From the sequence record OP595145.1: a DNA stretch of 64,000 nucleotides. One strand, written 5' to 3'. The position numbers were made by a program, and so were the translations under genes. Source of the stretch: Escherichia phage vB_EcoM_DE16. Positions 26,946 through 35,993 of this stretch are shown here, one piece after another. Every line of letters starts with the position of its first letter. The first letter of the stretch is position 1. Below the pieces are notes generated by a model, which made no database searches, was not told the origin of the DNA, and was given only the letters and a program-made list of their open reading frames with translations.

Positions 26946-27019
26946 ATGTTTCGTAGTTCAATGGTAGAACCCACGACTGATAATCGTGAGACACAAGTTC
27001 GATTCTTGTCGAAACAACC
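26946..27019 (+). tRNA. tRNA-Ile (anticodon GAT)
   Basis: acceptor TGTTTCG/CGAAACA, anticodon stem-loop CACGA-CTGATAA-TCGTG, T-arm, CCA. Confidence 0.7.
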
Positions 27020-27021
27020 AG

Positions 27022-27093
27022 TTTCCCGTTAGACTTACAGGATAAGAGTTCCACAGCTTATTGTGATGCTGGTTCGAATCCAGCACGGGATAC
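27022..27093 (+). tRNA. tRNA-like element lacking a canonical anticodon arm (pseudo-tRNA or non-canonical tRNA)
   Basis: good acceptor (TTCCCGT/ACGGGAT), D-arm and T-arm GCTGGTTCGAATCCAGC, but only 16 nt between D- and T-arms, forming CACAG/TTGTG stem with 4-6 nt loop; 3' end ACC not CCA. Confidence 0.3.
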
Positions 27094-27097
27094 CTAA

Positions 27098-27176
27098 TAG
27101 CGGGATAGAGGAGTCTGGTCGTCCTCGCCAGTTTCATATGCTGGAGATCATTGGTTCAAATCCAATTCCCGCCTCC
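27098..27176 (+). tRNA. tRNA-Met (anticodon CAT), possibly initiator-like
   Basis: anticodon stem-loop CCAGT-TTCATAT-GCTGG, T-loop TTCAAAT, acceptor AGCGGGA/TCCCGCC with A1:C72 mismatch, CCA. Confidence 0.6.
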
Positions 27177-27291
27177 AAATATCGCTTGCCAGCGGTATCT
27201 TTGAAGACCTTGCCTGGTTCCTTCTAAGATGGAGGGGTGCGACTCCTTAACGCACAATTATAATAAAGCATTTCAAATTAACAGTATTTAT

Positions 27292-27315
27292 TAGCCTCCT
27301 TATTGGAGGCTTTTT
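27292..27315 (+). terminator. rho-independent terminator closing the tRNA cluster
   Basis: AGCCTCC-TTATT-GGAGGCT stem-loop followed by TTTTT. Confidence 0.6.
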
Positions 27316-27333
27316 GCTATCTATTGAATAAAA

Positions 27334-27362
27334 CTTGACTTATTATTTTTTATATGTTAAGA
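27334..27362 (+). promoter_or_regulatory. sigma70-like promoter candidate
   Basis: TTGACT then 17 nt then TAAGAT, about 25 nt upstream of the 27385 gene RBS. Confidence 0.4.
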
Positions 27363-27384
27363 TAAAGTTTAGGAGGATTTTATT

Positions 27385-27681
27385 ATGCCTAAACTAAAAC
27401 GTGGTCGTGGAAGACCAACAGCCGAAATGCAACAGATTTACGCAATGGATGCGGCGCAAGCAAGTGTAAAAGAATTATTTGCAGAGCATTATTTAGAAGC
27501 TATGCGGTATATTGTTGAACTTGTTAATGATAAGGATGCAGCAAAACCTCTCCGCTTCCAAGCAGCTAAAGCTATTAAAGAGCAAGTAGAAGAATGGTTA
27601 GAAGAACATTATGAAGCTATGGAAGAAGAAACCCCTGCCGTGCAGAATACAGATGACGTTCCTAAAAAGATCGTAATCTAA
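27385..27681 (+). CDS. small DNA-binding-like protein (KRGRGRP motif); possible small terminase or regulator
   Basis: AGGAGG RBS; basic N-terminus with GRGRP AT-hook-like motif, acidic C-terminus. Confidence 0.4.
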   Translation: MPKLKRGRGRPTAEMQQIYAMDAAQASVKELFAEHYLEAMRYIVELVNDKDAAKPLRFQAAKAIKEQVEEWLEEHYEAMEEETPAVQNTDDVPKKIVI

Positions 27682-27696
27682 TCCCTCTCCTCTCTT

Positions 27697-27765
27697 GGGG
27701 CTTTGCCCCTCCTCCTTGTTATTTTTAACACCCCTCTCCGAAAGGTTAGGGGCTTTTTTATTTTT
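27697..27765 (+). terminator. tandem stem-loops ending in a T tract
   Basis: GGGGC-TTT-GCCCC at 27697-27709 and CCCCT...AGGGG at 27731-27752 followed by CTTTTTTATTTTT. Confidence 0.5.
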
Positions 27766-27821
27766 AATGCTTGCAATTGTATATCATTTTATGATAAGAT
27801 CAGATATGAGGAGGATAAAAT

Positions 27822-27992
27822 ATGCGCAATTTTGTAGTTAAAAATGATTTTAACCGTTCTTCTTATCATAAAGATAAAAAGAATGATTACACACGGGCTT
27901 GGAACTTGGAGGAAGAACTTTATGATGACAGAGAAGACGTGGGAAGAGATCCTAGCGGAGGCTCAACCGATGGAAGTGAAGAAGATAGTTAA
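27822..27992 (+). CDS. small acidic hypothetical protein (56 aa)
   Basis: strong GAGGAGG RBS before ATG; found by manual translation. Confidence 0.35.
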   Translation: MRNFVVKNDFNRSSYHKDKKNDYTRAWNLEEELYDDREDVGRDPSGGSTDGSEEDS

Positions 27993-28042
27993 CAACGCCC
28001 CTTCTCTTCCTAAAATAAAATTTTATGAGGAAGTAGAAGATA

Positions 28043-28435
28043 ATGAATCTAAAGACTAAAACTGTATTAGGTTTTGTTTTAATTGTCGTTCTTATTCTTG
28101 CTGGAATGTTTGCTTATAACAAGATATATGAGTCTGGCTACAAAGATGGTGTTGCCTATCAAACGCAATTGTATCAAGCAGCCCAAGCAAAAGCAAAACA
28201 AGATTTTGATGTTCTTCAAAAAAGAGCAGATGAAGAAAGAGCATTATTAAATACTCAAATAAACAACTTGTCTAAAAACAATGCACAATTAAAAGCAGAT
28301 TTAGAGAAGAAGAAACAAACGATCAATGAGGATACAACGAATTATGCAAAAACTAATTCTGGTAGTATGTCTTGCTTTGCCCCTAATGATGACGGGTTGT
28401 TCATCATCAACAAAAGTTTCCCCAGTTCTTATTGA
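28043..28435 (+). CDS. i-spanin-like protein (N-terminal TM helix plus coiled coil)
   Basis: N-terminal hydrophobic helix VLGFVLIVVLILAGMFAY, then Q/K/A-rich coiled-coil; overlaps downstream lipoprotein gene. Confidence 0.45.
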   Translation: MNLKTKTVLGFVLIVVLILAGMFAYNKIYESGYKDGVAYQTQLYQAAQAKAKQDFDVLQKRADEERALLNTQINNLSKNNAQLKADLEKKKQTINEDTTNYAKTNSGSMSCFAPNDDGLFIINKSFPSSY

Positions 28436-28670
28436 TGAGTGTAAGGCTGTAGCCATAGAAAAGGTTAAAGGTCCAGATTCGGATTTGATGGATAAAGTAT
28501 CGACACCTGTGCCATACACTAAAAATCAAATTGCAAAAGGGGTTAGTAGATCTGAAGTTGTTAACAACCAAACTCAAAACAACGCTCTTTGGGAGCAAGA
28601 TAGACGAAAGGTTTTAGGTTTACAAACATATATTAAAACACTGCAAGAAAAAGGTATTATTGCTGAATAA
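28344..28670 (+). CDS. o-spanin-like outer-membrane lipoprotein
   Basis: signal peptide MQKLILVVCLALPLMMTGC with lipobox Cys; gene starts inside the preceding TM/coiled-coil gene in another frame. Confidence 0.45.
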   Translation: MQKLILVVCLALPLMMTGCSSSTKVSPVLIDECKAVAIEKVKGPDSDLMDKVSTPVPYTKNQIAKGVSRSEVVNNQTQNNALWEQDRRKVLGLQTYIKTLQEKGIIAE

Positions 28671-28679
28671 GGAGGGAAT

Positions 28680-30755
28680 GTGGCAAAGAAAAAGGCAGCA
28701 GGTAGTTTAGCTGGAGTAGATATTGAAGTAAAGGCTCAACCAGGTAAACAGACTCTTGCAATGGATTTAATGCCAGAAGTTATGATTTATGGTGGTGCCG
28801 CTGGATGTGTTTCTGCTGAAACGGAATATCTTACAAAAGATGGTTGGAGACAGATTAGTGAATATTCGGGAGAGGATATTTACCAATACAACCCTAAGAA
28901 TAAGCGTTTAGAATTGGTAACACCTTATTTTGTAGAATACGATTTAAATGGAGATAACCTATACAGAATAACAAATGGTGTAGGATTGTTCCAAGAACTT
29001 AGTATGGAACACCGTTTTGTATTCTATAAGAAAAAGAAATCAAAGAAACATTTCGAGATTCTTGTAGGAGATCTTATTGCATTACAGCAAATAGGAAAAC
29101 CACTGCAAGGTTATGTAGAAAATCCATTCGGTAAACGTGTTCCTTTTAACATACCTGGTAAAAAGAGCACTTACTTAAAAATACACGAGGTTATTTCAAC
29201 AGATGATAAGAAATATTGTTTTGAGACTCCAAGCAGTTATATTGTCTTTAGACGTGGCGATCACTGCTTCGTTACTGGGAATAGCGGCAAGTCTCGTCTG
29301 CTATTGCTGAAAGCTTTAAAATACGCCTACAAAGACCCTTTGTTTGGTGGAATACTTTTCCGTAAGAACACCACTGCTCACCGTAAACCAGGTGGTCTGT
29401 TTACAGAAGCAAAACGTTTGTATCTTCCTTTACAACCTCACGTAAAAGAAAGTACAATGGATATCATTTTTGAAGCCACTGGTGGCGGAACCCTCAAATT
29501 TGACCATTTGGAAAACGATAACGTAACCGCAGAAACAAACCATCAGGGTACACAGTATTCAATGGTAGGTTTTGACGAGTTAACCCACTTCACACAGTAT
29601 GAAATGCTCTATCTTCTGGGACGTATGCGTTCAGAGTCAGAAACAAGTTTCATGTTGTGCACATGTAACCCTGACGCAGATAGTTGGGTTTTGAATTGGG
29701 TGTTACCTTATCTTGATGAGGGTGGTTATCCTAGAGAAGATATGTGTGGTAAACAAAAATATTTCATCATTGTTAACGATGAACCTGTTTTTGCTGACAC
29801 ACCTGAAGAACTGAAAGAAAAATATCCAGAAAACTGTTTCATGGAAAACCCTAATACAGGGGAGACAGTTGTTATTGAACCACAAACTTTCGTATTTATT
29901 GGTGGGACAATATTTGATAACCCAGAACTCATTAGGCTTAACCCTAATTACTTAGCACAGCTTAAATCACAAACAGCGATCAAAAGAGCACAGCTTCTGG
30001 ACGGTTGTTGGTTTGCACGTATCCAGAAAGAATCTTTCTTTCAACGTGAATGGTTACATAAAATATCTTATAAAGATGTTCCTAACAATCTTAAACTAAT
30101 GCGAGCATGGGATAAAGCTGTTTCAGTTCCTACAGAAACTTATCGTTATCCAGACTATACAACATCTGTCAAAATGGGTAAAGACCAAGATGGTAATATC
30201 TACATCTTTGGCGACTATGATTATGATGCTGTGGATGAGAAAAGTAAAATTTTCGGAAGGTTTCGAAGACTACCTGGGGAAAGGGATAACCTGATTCTAA
30301 ATCAATGTAAGATTGATGGACCAGAAGTTACAGTAGTTCTTCCTAAAGACCCATCTGGTGCTGGGACAATAGAATATACAGAATCTGCAAAGAAACTTAT
30401 TCTAGAGGGTTTTGTTGTTAAACCAGATGCTATGCCAGGCAACAAGAAAAAGCTTCAGCGTTTTATGCCTTTTAGTAGTGCGTGTCAAAACGGTTTTGTT
30501 TATATTGTTGAAGATTCTTTCCCTAATGTGGAAACTCTAACCCACTTTTATAAAGAATTGGAATCTTTCAATGGTGAAAGATCTACAGCCACTATTAAAG
30601 ATGACATTCCCGATGCTGCTGCTTCTTGTTTTAATACTCTGTCAAAAGAGAATACTTTCAAGGCAGTAGCTATCCCTACAACAACAAATGCTCCTACAGG
30701 ATACAGTAGAATGAACAGTGGATTCCACCAACCGTATAGTGTCCGTAAAAGATAA
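28680..30755 (+). CDS. terminase large subunit (intein-containing precursor)
   Basis: 691 aa, GTG start after AAGGAGGG; Walker B-like VGFDE, C-terminal nuclease DPSGAG motif; Walker A split by insertion (see 28806..29282). Confidence 0.65.
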   Translation: MAKKKAAGSLAGVDIEVKAQPGKQTLAMDLMPEVMIYGGAAGCVSAETEYLTKDGWRQISEYSGEDIYQYNPKNKRLELVTPYFVEYDLNGDNLYRITNGVGLFQELSMEHRFVFYKKKKSKKHFEILVGDLIALQQIGKPLQGYVENPFGKRVPFNIPGKKSTYLKIHEVISTDDKKYCFETPSSYIVFRRGDHCFVTGNSGKSRLLLLKALKYAYKDPLFGGILFRKNTTAHRKPGGLFTEAKRLYLPLQPHVKESTMDIIFEATGGGTLKFDHLENDNVTAETNHQGTQYSMVGFDELTHFTQYEMLYLLGRMRSESETSFMLCTCNPDADSWVLNWVLPYLDEGGYPREDMCGKQKYFIIVNDEPVFADTPEELKEKYPENCFMENPNTGETVVIEPQTFVFIGGTIFDNPELIRLNPNYLAQLKSQTAIKRAQLLDGCWFARIQKESFFQREWLHKISYKDVPNNLKLMRAWDKAVSVPTETYRYPDYTTSVKMGKDQDGNIYIFGDYDYDAVDEKSKIFGRFRRLPGERDNLILNQCKIDGPEVTVVLPKDPSGAGTIEYTESAKKLILEGFVVKPDAMPGNKKKLQRFMPFSSACQNGFVYIVEDSFPNVETLTHFYKELESFNGERSTATIKDDIPDAAASCFNTLSKENTFKAVAIPTTTNAPTGYSRMNSGFHQPYSVRKR
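28806..29282 (+). mobile_element. mini-intein (Hint domain, 159 codons) inserted in the terminase Walker A loop
   Basis: starts CVSAETEYLTKDGW (block A-like), SMEHRFVF (block B-like), ends CFVTGN before Ser +1; removal gives YGGAAG-SGKS P-loop; no homing-endonuclease domain. Confidence 0.55.
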
Positions 30756-30758
30756 TTG

Positions 30759-30787
30759 TTGACAAAAGTCACTTTAAAGTGTATTAT
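30759..30787 (+). promoter_or_regulatory. sigma70-like promoter candidate upstream of portal gene
   Basis: TTGACA then 17 nt then TATTAT. Confidence 0.45.
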
Positions 30788-30856
30788 AACTAGATAGGTG
30801 AGGTTGTATATAATACAGCCTTGCCTTAACGATTTTATACCTGACTGGAGGAACAA

Positions 30857-32422
30857 GTGTCAACAGGAAAAAGAACGTACACTAAAAAGTCAGAATACTG
30901 GGACAAAGGTGCTGCAAATAAAGCTGCTCTCTCTCCAACAAAAGAAGCAGAGAAAGAGAAAACGTTACTCCTGTCACCTGAAATAGGAACGATCGGATTA
31001 AACTCAATCAAAGCATTTACGAATTTCATGCAACCCTATGAGACTCGTTTCCCAGAATGTATTCGAACTTTTAAAGAGATGGGTGAAGACCCTGATGTAG
31101 CTACTGCTCTTGATGCTACGTATATCTTTGTAGATAGAGCATTCTTTGATTTTAAGATAAAATACAATGTAAGCTCGGCAAAGTCAAGAAAAGCTGCTAA
31201 GTTTATTGATTATATGTTACGTAATATGCAAGCCCCTCTACGTCAATATGTTAGATCACTTTTGACATATAAGCAATACGGGTTTGCATTTGCAGAAAAA
31301 GTTTATGAGTTGGATGAAGATCCTAAGAGTCCTTACTTTGGGTATTGGCGATTAACTAAGCTGGCTTTTAGGCCACAAGATACTCTTCACATGGCTCAAC
31401 CTTTTACATATTCGGCAGACGGACGTTCTATCTTGTCTGTTAACCAGAATATCACCAATACAATGTTAGCACCAGGTAATACGACTTTAGAAACTGGTAT
31501 TAAAGAAATTCCTTTTAGTAAAGTTTTATTTGTCGGTAGCAACATTACAGAGAATAACCCACTAGGAGTTAGTCCGCTTTTAGCTGTATATCGTAGCTGG
31601 CGTGAAAAATCTCTTATTCAGGAATTTGAGGTTATTGGGGTATCTAAAGATTTAGGTGGTATGCCAGTTCTTAAGGTTCCAAGTGACATTCTAAACAGGG
31701 CATCTTTAGATCCTGCTGGGGATGAAGCACAATCTCTTCGAGTTCTCCAAGCCAACATCGCTAACCTTCACTCTGGTGAGCAAGCCTACATGGTATTGCC
31801 TTCAGACGTTTATGAAGGTACAGTGATGCGTCAATACGATCTTGTATTCCAAGGTGTTGATGGCACGGGTAAACAGTTTGACACTCAAGCACTAATCAAA
31901 CAACGTAAACTGGATATTTATAACCGCTTTGGTGCGGGTGTGTTGATTATGGGTGATGGTGATGCAGGAAGTTTTGCGCTTTCTGACAACAAACAAACAC
32001 TATTGTCTCATTTTATTGAGCGAGATGTAGATATTGTTGTAGAAGCTATAAACTCTCAACTGATCCCTCAAACACTACGACTAAACAATATCTTCCTTTC
32101 TGATGAAGATATGCCTAAGTTTGTCAGTGGTGAAATGGGTGATCCTGATATTGAAGTAAATGCTAAAGCTATTCAGCAGTTGGTAGCCTCTGGTGCAATA
32201 CCTTTAACCCCAGAAGTTATTAACGAGTTCCTTGAAAAAATTGGTTTTGAATATCGCATCCCTGACGATATTGTTGCCAATAAAGAGAAATTCTTTGAAT
32301 TCATGGATAACTATATGCCTGACAAAACTTCACGATCAGGAGATGGTTTAGCTACAGCGGGAACTGGAACGTCTGATACTGTTTCTGCTTTAGATCCTTC
32401 AGCACAAAACCTGTCGAATTAA
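30857..32422 (+). CDS. portal protein (putative)
   Basis: 521 aa ORF immediately after terminase large subunit; GTG start with GGAGGAA RBS; assignment by position and size. Confidence 0.5.
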   Translation: MSTGKRTYTKKSEYWDKGAANKAALSPTKEAEKEKTLLLSPEIGTIGLNSIKAFTNFMQPYETRFPECIRTFKEMGEDPDVATALDATYIFVDRAFFDFKIKYNVSSAKSRKAAKFIDYMLRNMQAPLRQYVRSLLTYKQYGFAFAEKVYELDEDPKSPYFGYWRLTKLAFRPQDTLHMAQPFTYSADGRSILSVNQNITNTMLAPGNTTLETGIKEIPFSKVLFVGSNITENNPLGVSPLLAVYRSWREKSLIQEFEVIGVSKDLGGMPVLKVPSDILNRASLDPAGDEAQSLRVLQANIANLHSGEQAYMVLPSDVYEGTVMRQYDLVFQGVDGTGKQFDTQALIKQRKLDIYNRFGAGVLIMGDGDAGSFALSDNKQTLLSHFIERDVDIVVEAINSQLIPQTLRLNNIFLSDEDMPKFVSGEMGDPDIEVNAKAIQQLVASGAIPLTPEVINEFLEKIGFEYRIPDDIVANKEKFFEFMDNYMPDKTSRSGDGLATAGTGTSDTVSALDPSAQNLSN

Positions 32423-32450
32423 AAATATTTAATATTTTTTAATTTTTCTA

Positions 32451-32479
32451 TTGACAAAACAACAAATATCCTGTAGACT
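32451..32479 (+). promoter_or_regulatory. sigma70-like promoter candidate with AT-rich upstream element
   Basis: TTGACA then 17 nt then TAGACT; preceded by A/T tract 32420-32448. Confidence 0.35.
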
Positions 32480-32515
32480 AAGATTTATGGGATATCTGTT
32501 TTTAAGAGGTTTCAA

Positions 32516-32995
32516 ATGGAACTCAATAAAGATACACTGTGGGAACTCTTCAAAACCTTCGCTGGTTTTAAAGAGAATTCTGAATCCCAACAAGATTCTA
32601 TACCATCTCAAAAACCTGAAACTTTAGTCAAACAAAATAAATTTGACGAAGAAAAGATGCAGGTTATTGAGGTCTTGTATTGTCCACCTGAAGAAGACGA
32701 TCTCCACGGAGAGCGCATGTCTGATTTGGAAATCAGGAAGATGGTTGACAACTTCAATGAGAATATTACCAACATTAGTGGTAATCTTGGTCACATGAAG
32801 AACACCGATAAGTTTTCTCCAATTAAAGCTTGGGTAAATGAAGTCGATTGTTACATTGGTGACGAACTCGTTGTGGAAGGAACTCCCCTCGTTAAAATCC
32901 AATTCAACGACCCTGAATTATATCAAGCTCGTAAAGACGGCGTTCTTAAAGGTTTGAGTATAGGCGCAATGGGCGTTAAAGTCAAGAAGGACTAA
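32516..32995 (+). CDS. head morphogenesis protein (possible prohead protease)
   Basis: 159 aa between portal and scaffold genes; conserved-looking His (HGERMSD) and GLSIGAMG segment; assignment tentative. Confidence 0.3.
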   Translation: MELNKDTLWELFKTFAGFKENSESQQDSIPSQKPETLVKQNKFDEEKMQVIEVLYCPPEEDDLHGERMSDLEIRKMVDNFNENITNISGNLGHMKNTDKFSPIKAWVNEVDCYIGDELVVEGTPLVKIQFNDPELYQARKDGVLKGLSIGAMGVKVKKD

Positions 32996-32997
32996 TC

Positions 32998-34113
32998 GTG
33001 GCAAATACATATTTAACTAACGTAGACTTTTCAGGAAAAGCTACGGAAGAGTCACTAGGTGCTCATATTGCTTACACTTTTGATTTTCAAGGTGGAGCGG
33101 CATCTGGTTACAATACCCCCCTTTTATTTAAGTCAGACGGATCTCCAGACATAACTTTTGAAAAGTTAGAAGCTCTCACTAAAATGGGAGAAGATGTTAC
33201 AGAGTTACGTAAAAGCTATATTCAACAAGTGATGGATCGCATTTCTGAAAAAGTGCGTGAAAAATTTGAAGCTGGTTGGGATTGGGTTTACGTTATTGAT
33301 GCTGACTTCGATGCGAACGTTGCAATTTTCTGTTCAGATAACGGTATGTTCTCTGTTGGCTTTAAAGTTGACGGACTGAATGTTGAAGTTGAAGAGGTTG
33401 CTAAACCTGTTGTTCGTGTTACTGATTATCAAGTTGTTGATGGTGATGTAATGATCTCCATTGATTTCTTTGAGGACGTTTTAGACGATGCTTTGAGTAA
33501 TCTCGTTAAGAGTTCCTTGAAACAAAGTCAAGTTAAAGATTATTTAGTGAAAGCTCACGCTAAAGCTAATACAAACTCTGTGGATGCAGAGGCTAACCCC
33601 GCAGGTGATAAATCTGCAAACACAACTGGAATCAATAAAGGAGAAACCCCTTTGGAAAATATCAACAAAGAAGAATTCCTGAAATCTGCTGAATTCCAAG
33701 AACTGATGAAAGCACAGATTGCTGAAGCTGTAGAAAAAGCAGCCGCAGATGCACGTGCAGCCGCAGAACTTGAAGCACAGGAAAAAATCGCTAAGGCAGA
33801 ACAGGAAGCAGAAGAACTTCGTAAAGCTGAACAAGCTCGTATCGAAGAAGAATATACAACTGTTGTTAAATCCTATTCTTTCGTAGAAGAAGACAAAGTT
33901 GAAGCTCTCGTTAAATATCTGGTAGACAATAAAGATATCGCTGAAACTATCGTCAAAGCATTCGAAAAAGCACGTGCAGAAGTGGACGCAGTTAAGAAAG
34001 AATTTGGAACAGAACGTGGTGTTGACGTGATCAATACTCAACCTGTAGCTAAATCTTCTTCTGAACTGATTAGTCAGAAAGCTGCTGAACTTAAAAAAGC
34101 CCAGAAACAATAA
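32998..34113 (+). CDS. scaffolding protein (putative)
   Basis: 371 aa with long A/E/K-rich coiled-coil (AKAEQEAEELRKAEQARIEEE), upstream of decoration and capsid genes. Confidence 0.4.
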   Translation: MANTYLTNVDFSGKATEESLGAHIAYTFDFQGGAASGYNTPLLFKSDGSPDITFEKLEALTKMGEDVTELRKSYIQQVMDRISEKVREKFEAGWDWVYVIDADFDANVAIFCSDNGMFSVGFKVDGLNVEVEEVAKPVVRVTDYQVVDGDVMISIDFFEDVLDDALSNLVKSSLKQSQVKDYLVKAHAKANTNSVDAEANPAGDKSANTTGINKGETPLENINKEEFLKSAEFQELMKAQIAEAVEKAAADARAAAELEAQEKIAKAEQEAEELRKAEQARIEEEYTTVVKSYSFVEEDKVEALVKYLVDNKDIAETIVKAFEKARAEVDAVKKEFGTERGVDVINTQPVAKSSSELISQKAAELKKAQKQ

Positions 34114-34132
34114 TCTTAGGAGATTAAATTAA

Positions 34133-34531
34133 ATGGCTAAAGGAATTACTTTATCTAACTCTCGCCAGGAATTCGGACACCTGGTTCTGGGTGGAGTGTT
34201 TAGCTCTGACCTTGGACACTGTGTACGTGAAGTTAACCTGGTTAAAACAGCAACCATGAAAATTGGTTCTATCCTGAAAGCTGACAACACTGAAGCTGCT
34301 AAAGCTGAAGCTGCCGATGCTGCTAAAGTTCTGATTTGGACTGATGCTCTGTTCGGTATTGACGATGTAGCAGTAGGTGACACTTTCACCGCAGTTGTTG
34401 GCGTACGTGATCTTACTCTGAACCGCTTTGCAGTATACTACAAAGATGGCTCCCTGGTAGATGACGCTGGCGTAGCAGCACTGGAAACACATGATCTGAA
34501 ACTGACCGAAAAAGTCGTTTTCACTTCTTAA
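34133..34531 (+). CDS. head decoration protein (putative)
   Basis: 132 aa directly upstream of major capsid gene; codon usage of a highly expressed gene. Confidence 0.4.
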   Translation: MAKGITLSNSRQEFGHLVLGGVFSSDLGHCVREVNLVKTATMKIGSILKADNTEAAKAEAADAAKVLIWTDALFGIDDVAVGDTFTAVVGVRDLTLNRFAVYYKDGSLVDDAGVAALETHDLKLTEKVVFTS

Positions 34532-34552
34532 TTTTAATAGGAGATTAATATA

Positions 34553-35554
34553 ATGCCAGCAGTAATTTTAGATCAGGTTGTAGATTTCAGCCCTATGATC
34601 GAACTTCAGGATTCCCCTGATACACTGATTGCCAGCCTGAATCTGTTCAGTGTTGACTATCATTCAACTACCGCTATTGAAATCGGTAAAGAAAAAGCTG
34701 AAGATGCTCTGATCTCCGCTCGTGAGCGTGGTGGTGAGCGTAACTTCCTGACCATGAAAAATCCAGAACTGAAAGCGTTCCGCATTCCGTTCTTCCCTCT
34801 GGATAAAAACATCAAAGCTCAAGATATCCAATCTTTCCGTAGCTTTGCAATGGCAGGAATCAATGACTCTCTGCGCACAGACGCTGAAGTTGTTAACCGC
34901 TATATGTCCCAGATTCTGCGTGACGTAGCAAAAACCAAAGAGAAAATCTTTGCAGAAGCAGTTATGGGTCGTGCCTATAACGGCGTAGGTGGTGCAGCTA
35001 ACTCTGCATACAACTGGTATACCGAATGGGGTGCTACCCAGAAATCTGTTGCTGTAGACTTTGCTTCTACCACTGTTTCTCCAGCAGCCACTATCGAACA
35101 AGAAGCTCGTGCTTACATCATCGATACTAAACAAGATGGCTCTACCGCTACCCGTATCGTAGCTCTGTGTTCTCGTGAGTTTTTCGCATCTCTGGTTAAC
35201 TCTCCATTTGTTCGCCAGGCATATCAGTATTTCCAGGGAACTCCTAACCTTCTGCGTGACCGCCTTAGCGGTAACATGGATGTTCAGGTGTTCGAATGGA
35301 ACGGTGTAACTTACATTGAAGATATCCACGGTAACATCCCTGCTGGTGAAGCATATGTTCTGCCTATGGGTATCGAAGGTATGTTCCAGGCGCACTACGC
35401 TCCTGCGGATACTCCAGAACTGGCTAACACCCAGGCTCGTGAACTGTATACCTTCATGATCAGCCAGCACCGCACTATTCAGCTTCAGTCTGAATTCTCG
35501 CTGCTCGCAGTTAACACCCGTCCAGAACTGGTAGTTAAACTGACTACGGCTTAA
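34553..35554 (+). CDS. major capsid protein
   Basis: 333 aa; biased high-expression codon usage (CTG/CGT/GGT rich), followed by a strong terminator; resembles lambda E-type capsid proteins in size and gene order. Confidence 0.6.
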   Translation: MPAVILDQVVDFSPMIELQDSPDTLIASLNLFSVDYHSTTAIEIGKEKAEDALISARERGGERNFLTMKNPELKAFRIPFFPLDKNIKAQDIQSFRSFAMAGINDSLRTDAEVVNRYMSQILRDVAKTKEKIFAEAVMGRAYNGVGGAANSAYNWYTEWGATQKSVAVDFASTTVSPAATIEQEARAYIIDTKQDGSTATRIVALCSREFFASLVNSPFVRQAYQYFQGTPNLLRDRLSGNMDVQVFEWNGVTYIEDIHGNIPAGEAYVLPMGIEGMFQAHYAPADTPELANTQARELYTFMISQHRTIQLQSEFSLLAVNTRPELVVKLTTA

Positions 35555-35575
35555 TAGAACTCTGTTAAGATTAGA

Positions 35576-35609
35576 GGCTCGTCCGTGATGGGCGAGCCTT
35601 TTCTGTTTT
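35576..35609 (+). terminator. rho-independent terminator after major capsid gene
   Basis: 9-bp stem GGCTCGTCC/GGGCGAGCC, loop GTGAT, then TTTTCTGTTTT. Confidence 0.7.
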
Positions 35610-35639
35610 ACAATAAGAGTTTACAACGAGGAGATTGAT

Positions 35640-35984
35640 ATGTCAAACCCAGAATTGAAACGTTACTTTAGTTATCACGAAATGATTCGTGATTTCGAAT
35701 CGCTTTCACCACTGATCGATGCTGATAAAACATTAGTATCTGCGCCACCAATGTCTTTCTATCTGAAAGATGGTCGTATTGCATTAGGTGGAAACTTCAT
35801 TCACTTCCTCACGCGTTTGAGAGAAGAAACAGGTATTCTTGTGCATCCTTTTGCAAGTGAAGAACACATGGGTTACTATCTTGTAAGTTACGAAGACTAT
35901 GCACCTGTAAAAATCAAAGAAGAAGTTTTAAAAGTAGAAGCGGTAGACACTCCAGCTAAAAAACGTTCCCTTCGTAAAAAATAA
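35640..35984 (+). CDS. hypothetical structural protein (114 aa)
   Basis: GAGGAG RBS; position in head-tail joining block. Confidence 0.5.
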   Translation: MSNPELKRYFSYHEMIRDFESLSPLIDADKTLVSAPPMSFYLKDGRIALGGNFIHFLTRLREETGILVHPFASEEHMGYYLVSYEDYAPVKIKEEVLKVEAVDTPAKKRSLRKK

Positions 35985-35993
35985 GGTGGGCTT

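Noticed and set aside
27385-27681. Calling the 98-aa GRGRP-motif protein the small terminase subunit
   Set aside because: It is separated from the large terminase by two terminator hairpins and the spanin genes, and has no diagnostic motif; kept as a generic DNA-binding-like protein.
33544-34110. 188-aa minus-strand ORF antisense to the scaffold gene (Phe/Cys/Ser-rich)
   Set aside because: It mirrors the A/E/K-rich coiled-coil codons of the sense gene; its composition is an artefact of reading GAA/GCT-rich sequence backwards.
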